From assembly GCA_051294905.1 (NCBI GenBank), contig CM119371.1:4342001-4406000 (forward strand): a stretch of 64,000 bases of DNA, read 5' to 3'. The notes below the pieces were generated by a model, which saw only the letters and a program-made list of their open reading frames with translations, made no database searches and was not told where the DNA came from. Shown here one piece after another: positions 52,228 to 64,000 of the stretch; the first letter of the stretch is position 1, and each line of letters opens with the position of its first letter. Position numbers and translations under genes: made by a program. The stretch comes from Botryllus schlosseri. Its lineage: Eukaryota.

Positions 52228-54473
52228 TATAAGGTAGATAAAAGTGCGAAAATTGTTTTTTGTTTCTATCTTAGTCGCACTGCTGTAACATTGTCCACAT
52301 GAATTCACCATTGTCGTGATCTTGTAGCATGCATTGCAATAGGGACCATAAAAGCCTATACGTCGGTCTGTTATCGCCAAAATGGATCACGCAGATGGAT
52401 AAAAACTATACTTTTGCTGTAAAATAGATAAATCAATCTTGTACACAATAAAATCAGTATTTCGGTACAATTTTGCCCAGTAAAAATAAAGCAAACAACA
52501 CGGCAAAAATTCAAATTACAACTTCCATTTTGCGTCCTATTCGGCTCAAGAAATTCAATTCACACATTTTTGGTAATGACGTTACACCACGAACTTTTGC
52601 AGTGGCTCTAGTCGTAAGTAGAGGTGGGTGTTACTGTGGGCATTTCATGTTAATTTAGGAGCCATACTTGTATTCGCTGGACGGCGTATGCTTGACGACA
52701 CTTCCTGGTCTGGTCTAGGGGATTATTCTGGATATAGCTGTGATAGGGTACAGTTTTTCAATACTAATTGGCCCACCAAACGTTACTCCACTGTATTTAC
52801 CGATCTTGTTGAGACAAAATCTTATTCGTGCTACTACTGTGTCGTATTATAATTTGAATATAAGGAAATTCGATCAATTGGAACTTCAAGCAATATACTT
52901 TCTACCGTACTTCAAGATCGCGCATATCGCGGGAAACTTAAAGGACTTTGCGGCACTGTAAGTTGAAGGGAAGACAGCTTACACAGAATCATATAGGCAG
53001 TTCAGCGACCGCAACAGTGTGCATACACACAAAGTTTCTAATATGATTGTTATGTGTTATTTTAGTGAAATATGTAATGTATTGAAGTGACAGAAACTGA
53101 CCAATGGAAATAAAGACGACTGGTTTCAAGCATTAGAATCAGATTAGCAATCTTGATATCCAACCTTTATTCTGAAATGCCCAGCAACAACGGGCCCACT
53201 TATCTGGATGGCATCTTCTCCGTTCCATAATTCTCCTGCATTCGTCAGAACAACCTAAATATTGTTTACATCAATGTCTCCCAAACGTTTTTGAGCTACC
53301 GCCCCGTGGACAACGAATAAAGTGCCACCGCCCCCCGACACCCCCATCACCACGCCTGGTAACAAAACCAAAGTTGTTCTGTACATAATACAGCTAATAT
53401 TGGGACGAATGAAGCTGGTGCATCATTATCATCATTCTCGTCATATTGGGTCTGAGTTTCGATAGGAACAATATCAGTCTAAATGCTCCAGTGTTCACTT
53501 CATGTAGGCCTACTGGCAAGTCGGGTTTTGCTGTGAGTCAGGAACTTGGTCACGGCGCTGAGAACACGTTCATCAAATATGAGCGGAGAAGGGCAACTAC
53601 GAAAAAGCCAACCTGACTCCAGTGAGAGTGTTTATTTCTTATTCAATTGTATATCCAGAACGATTGATTGGAGATATTGAGCTTTCGGTTGAACTCAAAT
53701 TTTTTCTACACTACAATTACGTGTGCTGTATTTTGGGAATCTAAAACGTGGACGCTTTTTCAAAATTTTTGGATTTACAATACCGGAGTAAAATCCTAAA
53801 AAAATGCTAAATTTTTCCCGAGTTAGTGGCTGGCTGACTGACTAATAAAGGTCATTTTTATGGCTCAGACCCCATAACTTCCGCCGGACCGTTACCCGAG
53901 CGCTGATTTCCTATATATCAGTCCAATTTTCACGTACATTTAACCAATTTTTTCAAAAATAGGACAAATCCTCAAAAAAGGGACATTTAGGCGTCCTCCA
54001 AGGACACTTTAAAAAAGGGACATTTAGGCGTCCTCCAAGGACACTTTCAAAAAAGTAAAAATAGAGGACAAATCTTCTTAAAAGAAGACGTATGATAACC
54101 CTACTACATTTGGAACAGCTTCTCCAACATTTCATGCCTGGGACCTACACAGAATGAATTGAATATCCGACGAGAAATTTCCAATTGTAAGATATTCGGG
54201 AATCAAATCACCACCCTCGTGTAATTTTGAGAGACGATTGGTTCATGTTTCTCAATCAAAATCAGGTATTCGAGCTGGACCGGTAGCCCAAAGCCATCTT
54301 GCGGATTGGAACAGGTAATATGTCGCTACATTCCCGTGAATTATCACTGACTCGTCACCGAATACGGACAGTGCCATGTTCACCTTTATCAGGTTTCATC
54401 ATTACTAAGAACGGATATATTCTACCGTTAAATTTTGACTACGTTGTTGTGCCGATAGCAGACGGTATATATA

Positions 54474-54626
54474 AACGTAAGACTTTGATAGCTTCCACAC
54501 CCTGTTTAACGTCCACTTGTATGATTCTAACTTTATTATAATTACACGAGCTTTCGGAGCTCTGCTCCTTCATCAGGTGATATAGCGAAAGGAAACACGG
54601 TGTGAAAGCTATCAAGGTCTTACGTT
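54474..54626 (-). mobile_element. Penelope-like micro-element: 34-bp inverted termini enclosing a hammerhead and AATAAA
   Basis: aacgtaagactttgatagcttccacaccctgttt mirrors aaacacggtgtgaaagctatcaaggtcttacgtt with 3 mismatches. Confidence 0.7.
54545..54579 (-). ncRNA. Minimal type I hammerhead ribozyme
   Basis: Minus strand cac-CTGATGA-a-ggagc-aga-gctcc-GAAA-gc-TC-gtg. Intact core, 5-bp stem II, stem I cac/gtg, CUC cleavage triplet. Confidence 0.8.
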
Positions 54627-56463
54627 AAATTTTGAGAAATACGACCGTCAAGTAGGAGTGATGTCGTTTCTCGCAACCAGGACGCCCTGTCGAAGGCCAC
54701 GGTGTCATCGCTGTGGAAAATCCACGATCGTTTGAAACATATAATAAAATCACGCAAGAGCCATCGCATCTTGCAGTGAGCAAAAACTTCTCAAATGTAC
54801 TTTGTAGTTCTTACAGCGGCCCACAATGAACCGCTATTTGAATTTCTGCTGAATTAGTCTATTGATGAGCAGGAATAACATTGTCAAGTAACGATGGACT
54901 TTTTTGGTACAGCTGAATAAATAGACGGGCGACCCTAAATCGCCCTGACTGAATCTATTATGAATTTTTACTGCGAACCTAGCTGCTTTATTAATCAATC
55001 GCCTTCTAAACCTGCACAGCCCGCATTTGCTCTCAGCGCCCCCTACCGCCTAGTATTCTAGCCAGCGCTTTACAATCGCCCATTTCATGGTCAGCGCCCC
55101 CTTCACGCTCGCGAACGCCCCCAGGGGGATGCTGGCGCCCATTGTGGGAGCCATTGGTTTAGACCAGTGGTTGCCAACCTTTTTCGACTCATCGCCCCCT
55201 TTTCAAGCTAAACGCCGATCATCGTCCCCCAGATTTTTGTGAACCGAAAAATCGGTATACAATCTGTAATCATTGGCGGGTTGACTAAAAAGAGGTCAAC
55301 TTTTTGGCTCGATGTCGAAGCGATATCGCGCACGTTGGGAACCACTGGTTTAGATGATATGCTTGAGATCGTGGAGTATCGATCATCGATGAAATAATTA
55401 TACACAATAGCCAGAAACAGTAATGGTGACGTACATCCCAAGACATCTCCGAAGGCGGATATAAGGCATTTATAAAAACCGATCTCAGATCGGAAATGAA
55501 GTATCAAAGGGCTCGTGGTTATTCAACGTCATCATCGATCAAAGTTGTCGTATAACTCAAGGTTACCGTATTTTGAGATCCGAAAAAGAGGACACTTTTC
55601 CAAAATCTGAAAGCTGGTGAATATCAGAATTTTTGTACCAAAAGTACTATGTTGACTAAAAAAGGTCATCTTCCCAGCTACAATCCCGAATTATGGCTTT
55701 CTATCACATTTTACGTTGGTTGACTAAAGAAATAATATTAAGAGGTCATTTTTTTCTGGCACAAGTTCCAAAAACCCTGTCGGACTGTTACTTGGTCGCT
55801 GATTTCCTATATCTCTCCCAATTTCGACATACAATTTACCCAATCCTCTCAAAAAAGAGGAAATATTCTTATAAAAGAGAGAGTTTAGTCGTCCTCAAAA
55901 AAGTCAAAGTCAAAAAAGAGGATGTATGGTAACTCATCTAACATAACTAGCATCATTTATTAGTAGGGTGCAGGCCGCTGGAGTCGTGTGGCATCCACTG
56001 TAGTTCAATACAGGTGTCAATACGTTGTAAATGGAGAAAGTTGCGGAAAGAAGGACACCCGGTTAAAAAATGCACCAAAATAACGATGAGGTTAATTTCA
56101 TATTTATGAGTACACAACTGAATCACAGAACCGAACTCACATTCCAATCCAAATTTCCGCATAGCGACTCAATCCGATGATGTCCAAGAAGAGAACGTAG
56201 TGCTGATGCTGAGAAATTGTTGATATGCAAATGAACCTCATTCACCTGGAACGAGGGCAATATTTTATGAAATGCTGAGAACTAAGCGTGAAGGTCAGTC
56301 TTGAATCAAATTATCAGCGATGAAATACCAATTTACTGAGTCGAAATCGATTTACGTCATTGTCGAAGGATACAACCTGCGTTTTAAAGATATATCAAGA
56401 CATAGTTGGTGATGTTAGGAATACGATAGAGCCCCAGGCCTCTCATTATATATTATTCTAGAA

Positions 56464-57400
56464 CAGTGGTTCTTAACCTTTTTTCCCTCCAGCGCCCGCT
56501 TTCAAAAATTATCGTGCTCCAGCGCCCCCCACCTCATATTGTAAGGACTGTAATAAAGACAATTGGAAACAGGGAGCACTTCGTCAGCCCCCCTAAAAAA
56601 CGATTGTCTTGGGCACCCATAGCGTGATAAACCAAACTCATGAGTGGGCTTGGCCACCAAGAACCCCGTCGCGTGATTTCGATGGTCAGCAAAGTTTGTG
56701 TGGCCTGGTTGCCTTAGTAGCCAAATTTTTCTATAATGCATGAATGAAATAGGTTGTAATTGCATATATATGTCACTATAAACTTTTTATTCTCTCAGCC
56801 CACGTAATCAGATTTACCAGTAGCGCTGAGTGAGCTGTTGCATTGGAAAATGAAGGCCACGTAATTAATAATTGAACATATTTTGGCGTGCCCGTTGGTA
56901 CAATTAAATCGTTACATGTTATTTTGTTACCTCTTATCCGCTATATAGTCAAAAGTTATTGAAAAGCATAAACGTATTAAACTGAAGCAAGCACATGATT
57001 CAAAATTGGTATTTCGTCACTGGCAAATAATTTTCTCTGGTGGATGTTATTTGTCCTGTGGGGAGCAGTTTTCGACGACATGATAATTCGGCACGAGCGA
57101 TTTAAGCACCTATGGACAATTAGACTTATACTTATACATCAAAGTTTACGCTCAACATAAGGGCAATCCTCTTCGGCTAAGGTTTTCTCGCTGACGATCT
57201 TTTGACACACTTCTCGGAGTCCCATATTCACCGGAACTTCATATGCCTTTGTGCATCGTGGCGTTGTAATGGCCGAAGCCGAAATGTTTATTTCTATTTT
57301 CTCCAATTTTGCGTATTTTTCCGTGGTGGAGTCGTAAAAACATGATGTTCAATTTATGTTCATTCACCGAAATAATTTAGGACACACTTCGAGCTAACCG
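56464..57400. mobile_element. hAT non-autonomous family copy (homologous to 41655-42100 and ~15830-16600)
   Basis: Starts cagtggttcttaacc. Shares blocks taatcagatttacc, cctatggacaatt and cttctcggagtc with the other copies. Confidence 0.7.
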
Positions 57401-58056
57401 ATTGGGGTTTGGGTTGCAGCAGTTTCGGTCTTGGTAAGAGGTCAGAGTTCAGTCGGCCTTTTTGGGACTTTGGTATTGGAAATATTTCGCGCTTCAATCG
57501 CGCTCGAGCATCATTCGACTATATTAGACAATATAATATTTGTTTGTGGTATATTCAGAGTCAAATCGATGTTATTATATCAACAATCGGGCGCAGTCTC
57601 ATACCCTGTGGTTTGAACCCTCCCGAATTCACATCGGCGATTGGCAATACGGGGAAATTAATGGTATTGGATTTTATCTTAGTGCTTTGTGTAACTATAG
57701 GTAAGTCAACGGAGAATTGGATGCATATATCTGCTCATGCATCTGCAACTCTTAACGGTTGGGTGATACAACGGAACATTTCGAGTATCCCAAATCCTCA
57801 TAATTCTAATGAAATTAGAAACGCAACTTTTCTTAAAATTAAGTGCAGCTTTCTCATCATTTTTAGAAAAACATGACCGTTCTGATGTACCTTTGTGTTT
57901 GGGCAGAGAATTGATACGGTAGATATATCGCAAATCGTATCACGAACTCTTTCATTTGAGAATAGAGTACCTTGACCTAATTTGGTACTATGCAATACAT
58001 ATTTCTGTTGACTTAATTGATCACCAAGTGGGAGTGGGGTAAAATATCCAAATACA

Positions 58057-58275
58057 GCGAGATAGTGTAATGGTGATACGACCGGCTTGTTGGTCGGTAG
58101 GTCGTGGCTTCGATCCCCGGTCGGGTCATACCGAAGTCTGGAAAACCGGTATTCGCGGCTATCCAGCTGGGCGCTCAGCATTCAAGGAGGAGAAAAAGAT
58201 AGAGGACCAGACCTTGCAACAAAGGCCGTATCGCGTCTCCGTCATCAGATCATCTCGATGGTGGGGGCGACAAAA
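58057..58275 (+). mobile_element. tRNA-derived SINE with a conserved core (Meta-SINE-like)
   Basis: A box tagtgtaatgg, B-box-like gcttcgatccc, then ggtcataccgaag...ggcgctcagcatt, which resembles the Meta core domain as I recall it. Confidence 0.65.
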
Positions 58276-59286
58276 ATATTATTTCTCAGTACACCGAACA
58301 ATGATAATATCCTAATTGCGTTTTATAACCTAGTAGTAGAAGCAATGATATCTATACATTAGTAGAAGAAACCAGAGAATAGAGGCATGTACATTGTACA
58401 TATACAAGGCCTTTAAAAGTCATATTTGATTGAAAAATCGATTGCTGCACAAACGCGTTTGTCTGTTGTCGCATACAGGATCTGGTCGAAGAATTGTTCA
58501 TTAATAACGACTTCGTCAGCGCTAGTAACTTTAATTGAGCAATATGTACTACAATAATCTTACAAATGCAGCTGTCTGAATCATGCCTCGAACTTCGAAT
58601 ATTCGACATGATCTTGTGACTTTAATCGACCAGGCTGAATATATGTAAATGCTTTTTTTGGGTATGCTTCAAACAATTTCATTTGTAAGATGCAATTATA
58701 GAATGATTTACTATTAGTTATGACTCACGTAACGAATATCGAGTTAATTACACGTTCAAAGAGGCGATGTATGGCTCACATATACATAGAATTACTAGAT
58801 CAAGTCTGTTACTATCCACGAAATAGATTATAGAATATGAAACCTCGGATAGTTGAAACAAACTGGTATGATGCAATACACATTGCAACAACACATCAAG
58901 GCGATACAATTTAACGGTACCAATTGTTGGCGAGTACTATGAATGTACAATTAACTAATATATTATTCCGATTTAAATTACGAAAGCGGTTCGTAGCAAT
59001 GAGCAGAAGGGCACCGTTATAGAACGAATGCAAAGACAGCGTAAGCTCATAGGATAACTTGTCGCTCAAATTGGCCTGATCAAGGTGACGAGAACAGTAG
59101 GTACATGGTCGCCCCAACACTGCTCTACACTTTTTAGTGAATAAGAGACTGGAAAACCCCATGTGTGTAAGTATGTACTCCTACAAGGGTCACGACAGTT
59201 CACAAAAACGAAATGAGTTTTGACTAAATTAAAAGGCTACCAAGTATACACGAAATATAAATTGCTTTGAATGGACGATGAAATAT

Positions 59287-60229
59287 CAGTGTTGGGATGA
59301 CTCGAGTCAAGTCATGACTCGAGTCACACTCGAGTCACCTTTTCTGTATGACTTGACTTGACTCGAGTCACTTTGCTAAAATGACTTGACTTGACTTGAC
59401 TCGGTGTATCAGAAATGTGAATTGACTCGCGATTCGGTGTAAAATTCACGAGTCAATTTCAAGTCATCAAGTAATCGATGTCGATAAAAATCATTGTATC
59501 TTGCATATGTTCGGATTGTTCGCGAAACGCTGGTGTAACCCGTGAGCACGACCAAGCACTCAAAGATCGTGCGCTTTAGTGAGCCTCTATTGTTCTCTCA
59601 CATATGAATTGACCGCAAACGAAGTGATCGAAGCTTACAGCTTACGTTGTCGTAAACTAGCATAGTGAAGTCATTTAATAGCAAAATGTCTATTTGTGCA
59701 CTCTGTTCTTACCTTATCCAAACCTACTGTTCTATTGAAATTGAATTCGAAATTGTTTATTATAGTCCTCAACCATTGGCGCAGGCTCGAATTGTATCAT
59801 ATCAATTTGTAAATGGATAATGTATTGCATCTTATCAATTTGATTCTGTATTCTCTAGTTTCGCTGGTAACTATAAAATGAGGCTATGCAATTACTCACG
59901 AGGTTAGCAATTGTACGTAGGCCTATATGTGGGAGATACAGCGCCTTCTTGCGTGTATAATGTATATTTAACTCTATATTCGTTCATCGGCTCAAAATCA
60001 ATGACCACTCAGACACCTATCAAAATGCAATGACGTAACCATGCCTCACACTTCGAAAAGGCAACATGACTTGAATTGTGACTTGACTCGACTTGACTCG
60101 AGTCATCTCCAAAATTCGAGTGACTTGACTTGACTCGAGTCACCGTCGAAAATCGATTGACTTGACTTGACTCGAGTCAAAATGTGCAATGACTCGTGAC
60201 TCGAAGGTAGTGACTTGATCCCCACATTG
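59287..60229. mobile_element. hAT-type non-autonomous element with GACTCGAGTC/GACTT subterminal repeats
   Basis: Termini cagtgttgggat...atccccacattg. Perfect TSD tgaaatat. Confidence 0.85.
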
Positions 60230-61632
60230 TGAAATATTGGTTGTTTGAGACTTTCCCACAAGCGCAATCACGAAGTGAGTTACGCTCAGACTCACATGAA
60301 TTCGATCCTTCATACATCTTGCAATAATATTCAAAAGCTCATCGTCGATATTGCAGCCTGCTAATTTCAAAGAATCAAGGCTTTTTTTTCTTGCTGCAAG
60401 CGATCCAACGATATGAGCATCATCGCGACTCAATGAGACGAAAGAGGCATCGATGTCGGAAAGTATTTTTATAAGGTCGTCGTCGTCTGACTCATAGATT
60501 GCAGTATAGAGCTCCATGCGGAAGTGCTCAGCATTTATTCCAGTCTTCCATTCTTCCAGATGCGCACAAATCCATTGAGCGAGAATTTGCTGTTTCTTTG
60601 TCTGGTTAGAGACTGTCAGACAATAAATATTATCGTTACATGCACGTCGCAGTGTGACCGAATAAGAAGATATGGACACAATCGTTTTGTCATTCACGAT
60701 CGCCGAAATAGACCGGCGTGCATTAATACCTTTTGTAGCGAAAAATCACTGAATTCACTCATCCTCGTTCAATACTGCCGGAAAAATGGCCATAGAATCC
60801 GCATCAATATCGTACCTATTTCATAATGATGCATTCCCAATTACGTAGCAAAATATAACGATGGGAAAATGATACTTGTTATTTTAAAGGGGCACCTCGT
60901 CCTATATATAATCTGATCTCAATTTAATGTTGACAGTGTGAAGAATATATCGATAGGAGTCATCTAACTCGGAATTCGAACTGCAGGTCAATTCATTTCC
61001 TAGTGGACGAATTCCACTTAAACGATCTCTATGGTATCGAGGTCACGCGTCCTTGATTCCGAATCCTTCAGTTTTCCTATGCCTACTTTATGTAACTCAA
61101 TGATATACATACAATGATTGGAAATTGCCACACCCCTAACGCTGTCAGATTTACTCCCGCCAAAATCAGCGTGTGCGCGGATAAGGTTGACTGCGTACAC
61201 TTCATTGAGTAATGTTGACCGTGGTGGAGTACTGCTATCACATTTGCTGGCAGATATGTCACGGTTTTTTCGTTTGTTGGTCGATTGTTATTAGGTTTTG
61301 CGAGCATAGTGATACAGTACTGCATACTAAGGTCTAATCAAACTTCCGCCAATGCGCAATATTCAGGTACTGACTAGCTGCTCAGGTTTTTGCATCTGTG
61401 TATGAGCGTGAAAAAATCTTGGAAAATTAAGACAGATTGAGATTCGAACATTTGTAAGCATCAATTACGCCATTTGATATTTTAAAAGCGAAGATGATTG
61501 ATGCTTGTGTGAGTAATCTTATTGTTGGTGGGTGGCCAACCTGAAAATTCGATGAGACCCATTTAACAGAAAGCAATCTTATTGAATGCTGCTATAATAT
61601 TCATAACTTTTATTTTCTTATATAAATAGTTG

Positions 61633-62023
61633 TATGGCGGCTATGGCACGCTACCTGAGTATGGACTATACGCCGCATTCCCTCTAGGGTCCGCAACAGA
61701 GAGTCGGCGAATACGCTGGCCAGCACTTTATTGCACGACAGAAAACATCAACGGACTAACGGTAAAACATCGAATAAAATAACAGCGTCGGTCGTGCAGC
61801 GTCAGGTAAAAAGCCAGCAGCGTTTGTCAGGTAAGAAGCGTCGGCAGCAGTCGTCAGGTATAAAAGCCGGCAGCGTTTGTCAGGTAGAAAGGCCGTACTG
61901 AATCGGACGAATGTCTGCTTGAATAGTCGGAGTAGAGACACGGTCGCGCACAATGATCAGCAATGATTGTTAATTGGGTGATCCGTCGTCGAGAGGGTAT
62001 GTGCGGTACACCAATCCGCCATA
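61633..62023 (-). repeat. 3' LTR of gypsy element 2 (~391 bp)
   Basis: Follows a G-rich tract (gcggggggaccc). 8-bp inverted termini tatggcgg/ccgccata, AATAAA near 61727-61732, and internal gtcaggta tandem units. Confidence 0.75.
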
Positions 62024-62212
62024 AGGGTCCCCCCGCTTGGAAAAGCTTTAGGTACAGGACGAGAGCGATTCAGATCGAGGAAAAAAATCATTAGAACGGA
62101 GTGAAATAGCATAGCAACCAGGCATGTAATACACACATTGAATAACAATACATGTTCAGTACATACCGAAGGGTTATAAACAGTGAGACACAACAGAGCG
62201 GTAAAAAAAAAT

Positions 62213-63987
62213 TCAAATCTGCATTTCAAACACTGGTGCAAGTACAAAATTTTGCAAGTGACTGGGTGTTCTGACAACACGACCACTATTCGTAATCGAT
62301 GTAATTTGAGATTCGGGAAGGGTTGCGTTCTGGGCGGTATCATTATTAGATTGGGAGTTTTCAAAACATTGCAATGGCAACCGACCCGGAATCAAACGAT
62401 CAGTAGAGGCGTCATAAGGACCTTTACTAGTCTCGATAGTAAAACACTTCGGAGTGCGCTTCAGCACTTTGTGCGGACCAGTATAAACGGGGTCAAGTGA
62501 TCGTCGTGAGCCGTCAATCCTTAGAAAAACGTGGGTGCAAGTGGTTAAACTATTGGGAACTTGTGACTCTGGGTTACAGTGAAAGTTAGTGGAAGTTTGA
62601 CCAATGGCCGAAAAGAATCGTCTCATATTGCTCACGAAGGTTGGATTGTCGGTGCTATTCCTACACGGAACGGGATCAACTAATTGACCAGGCAAGCGCA
62701 ATGAAGTACCATAAGTCAATTCGGAAGACGAGTACTCTAAATCCTCTTTTATTGCACAACGCAACCCCAAGAGTACTAAGCCTAAATTATGATACCAATC
62801 GGACGGGCTCTCCTTTGTGCGCAACGCGTCTTTCAACGTGCGGTTAAATCTTTCGACCATTGAATTTTGCTCAGGTTTACGGGCTAGGGTTGTAATATGA
62901 TGTATTCCAAGCAATTGCATAAGTTGGTACCATTCGCTAGACGTAAATTGGCTACCTCGATCAGTTATAAGTTTCCTGGGTGCGCCGAATCTAGATACAT
63001 AGCCGAGGTTAAAAGCGTCAATGACCGTCTGGGTGCGCATATCACACATAGGGATACACTCCGGCCAACGAGAAAATCTATCAATGCACATCAGGGCTGT
63101 TCAAAAATAACGTTTTTTTCCGAATTCCAGCCGGTCACTGATTAAATTGTCAGGTTACCGTAAAAAACGCTGCCCACCAAATTTGGTTCAATTCGAACGA
63201 GTGTAGGACTCCGCAGATCCAATTAAAATTTTTAATTTATAAGGGAAAATTAAAAAATAAAATGTTTCAAATTTTTCTGCCACCCTATGAAATTGTTGAG
63301 ATGTCTTCAAAGACGTTGCAAAACAAATTTGAGTCAATTCCAACCAATAGAAGCGGAGTTATGTGAGTTTTTCGTTGATAATTCTCCGATTATCCTTGAT
63401 TGGTGGATAATCCGAGGATTATCAACGAAAACTGAAATAACTCCACTGCCACTGGTCGGAATTGACTCAAAATTTGTTTTGCAACGTCTTTGAAGACATC
63501 TCAACAATTTCATAGGGTGGCAGAAAAATTTGAAACATTTTATTTTTTAATTTTCCCTTATAAATTAAAAATTTTAATTGGATCTGCGGAGTCCTACACT
63601 CGTTCGAATTGAACCAAATTTGGTGGGCAGCGTTTTTTACGGTAACCTGACAATTTAATCAGTGACCGGCTGGAATCCGGAAAAAAACGTTATTTTTGAA
63701 CAGCCCTAAATTGCACATCAATAAATATGAAAACCGCAACTATTAGGTAAGGAAAGGATATCAACATTTACGGTATGAAAACGTTCAGAGGGCACTGGAA
63801 GGTTGGTTATTGGCGTTCGAGTATGTCGGGTTATCTTCGAGCGTTGACACGGGAGACACTGTCGAACAAACTCGGTTATGTGCCGCTTCATATGAGGCCA
63901 TACGCACCGGTCCGTTATCAGCTTCGTAGTCGCTCGAATGCTAGGGTGAGAAATGTTGTGAAGTCCGTTGAGCACTGCGTCGCGCAA
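62213..63987 (-). pseudogene. Ty3/gypsy integrase of element 2, interrupted by a MITE and a frameshift; element runs off the window
   Basis: HHCC (HNISHP...CLPC) at 63718-63987. IDRFSRWPE, ITDRGSQF, VERFNRTLK and the GPY/F-like YTGPHKV at 62213-63091. Confidence 0.92.
63092..63708. mobile_element. hATm-like foldback MITE (almost entirely palindromic)
   Basis: Termini (c/t)agggctgttcaaaaataac with ~300-bp arms and a tiny loop near 63399. Approximate TSD aatgcacat/aattgcacat. Confidence 0.9.
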
Positions 63988-64000
63988 AGAATGCGGTACG

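Larger units (their letters stand above)
40876..61400 (-). pseudogene. Decayed NLR-like (NACHT-associated and LRR) multi-exon gene
   Basis: A large exon ending at 60296 contains IQ*FFA, LYTAIYESDDDDL and LDSLKLAGCNIDDELL. Phase-0 exons follow at 56245-56141 (VNEVHLHINNFSASALRSL), ~55558-55435, 53254-53165, 52416-52228 plus 48622-48473, and 42658-42491, then a candidate terminal exon at 41240-40876. Several stops and TE insertions. Confidence 0.6.

Noticed and set aside
53974..54052. 38-bp tandem duplication
   Set aside because: Local slippage inside a common MITE.

Overview
AT-rich eukaryotic genomic DNA from an invertebrate animal (a tunicate is plausible, but the taxon cannot be established from this window). 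It is a TE-dense region with no intact host gene that I could identify. Retroelements: a 5'-truncated CR1/L2-type LINE, two Ty3/gypsy elements, two tRNA-derived SINE-like copies, and two minimal hammerhead ribozyme motifs of the Penelope type. DNA transposons: a ~10 kb CACTA/EnSpm-type element carrying a decayed DUF4806-like gene, three hATm-like elements, Charlie/Buster hAT relics and many MITEs, with several nested insertions. Host-like coding sequence consists of a decayed minus-strand NACHT/LRR (NLR-like) gene spread over about 40.9-61.4 kb and a short phase-consistent exon chain at about 35-39 kb. The most unusual structures are a composite insertion of two inverted MITEs flanking 1.7 kb, an LTR with TA...TA termini, the hammerhead micro-element, a three-level MITE>hATm>gypsy nest and a stand-alone hATm N-terminal ORF. 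I found no clearly new biological system. All family assignments come from motif recognition by eye, not from database searches.
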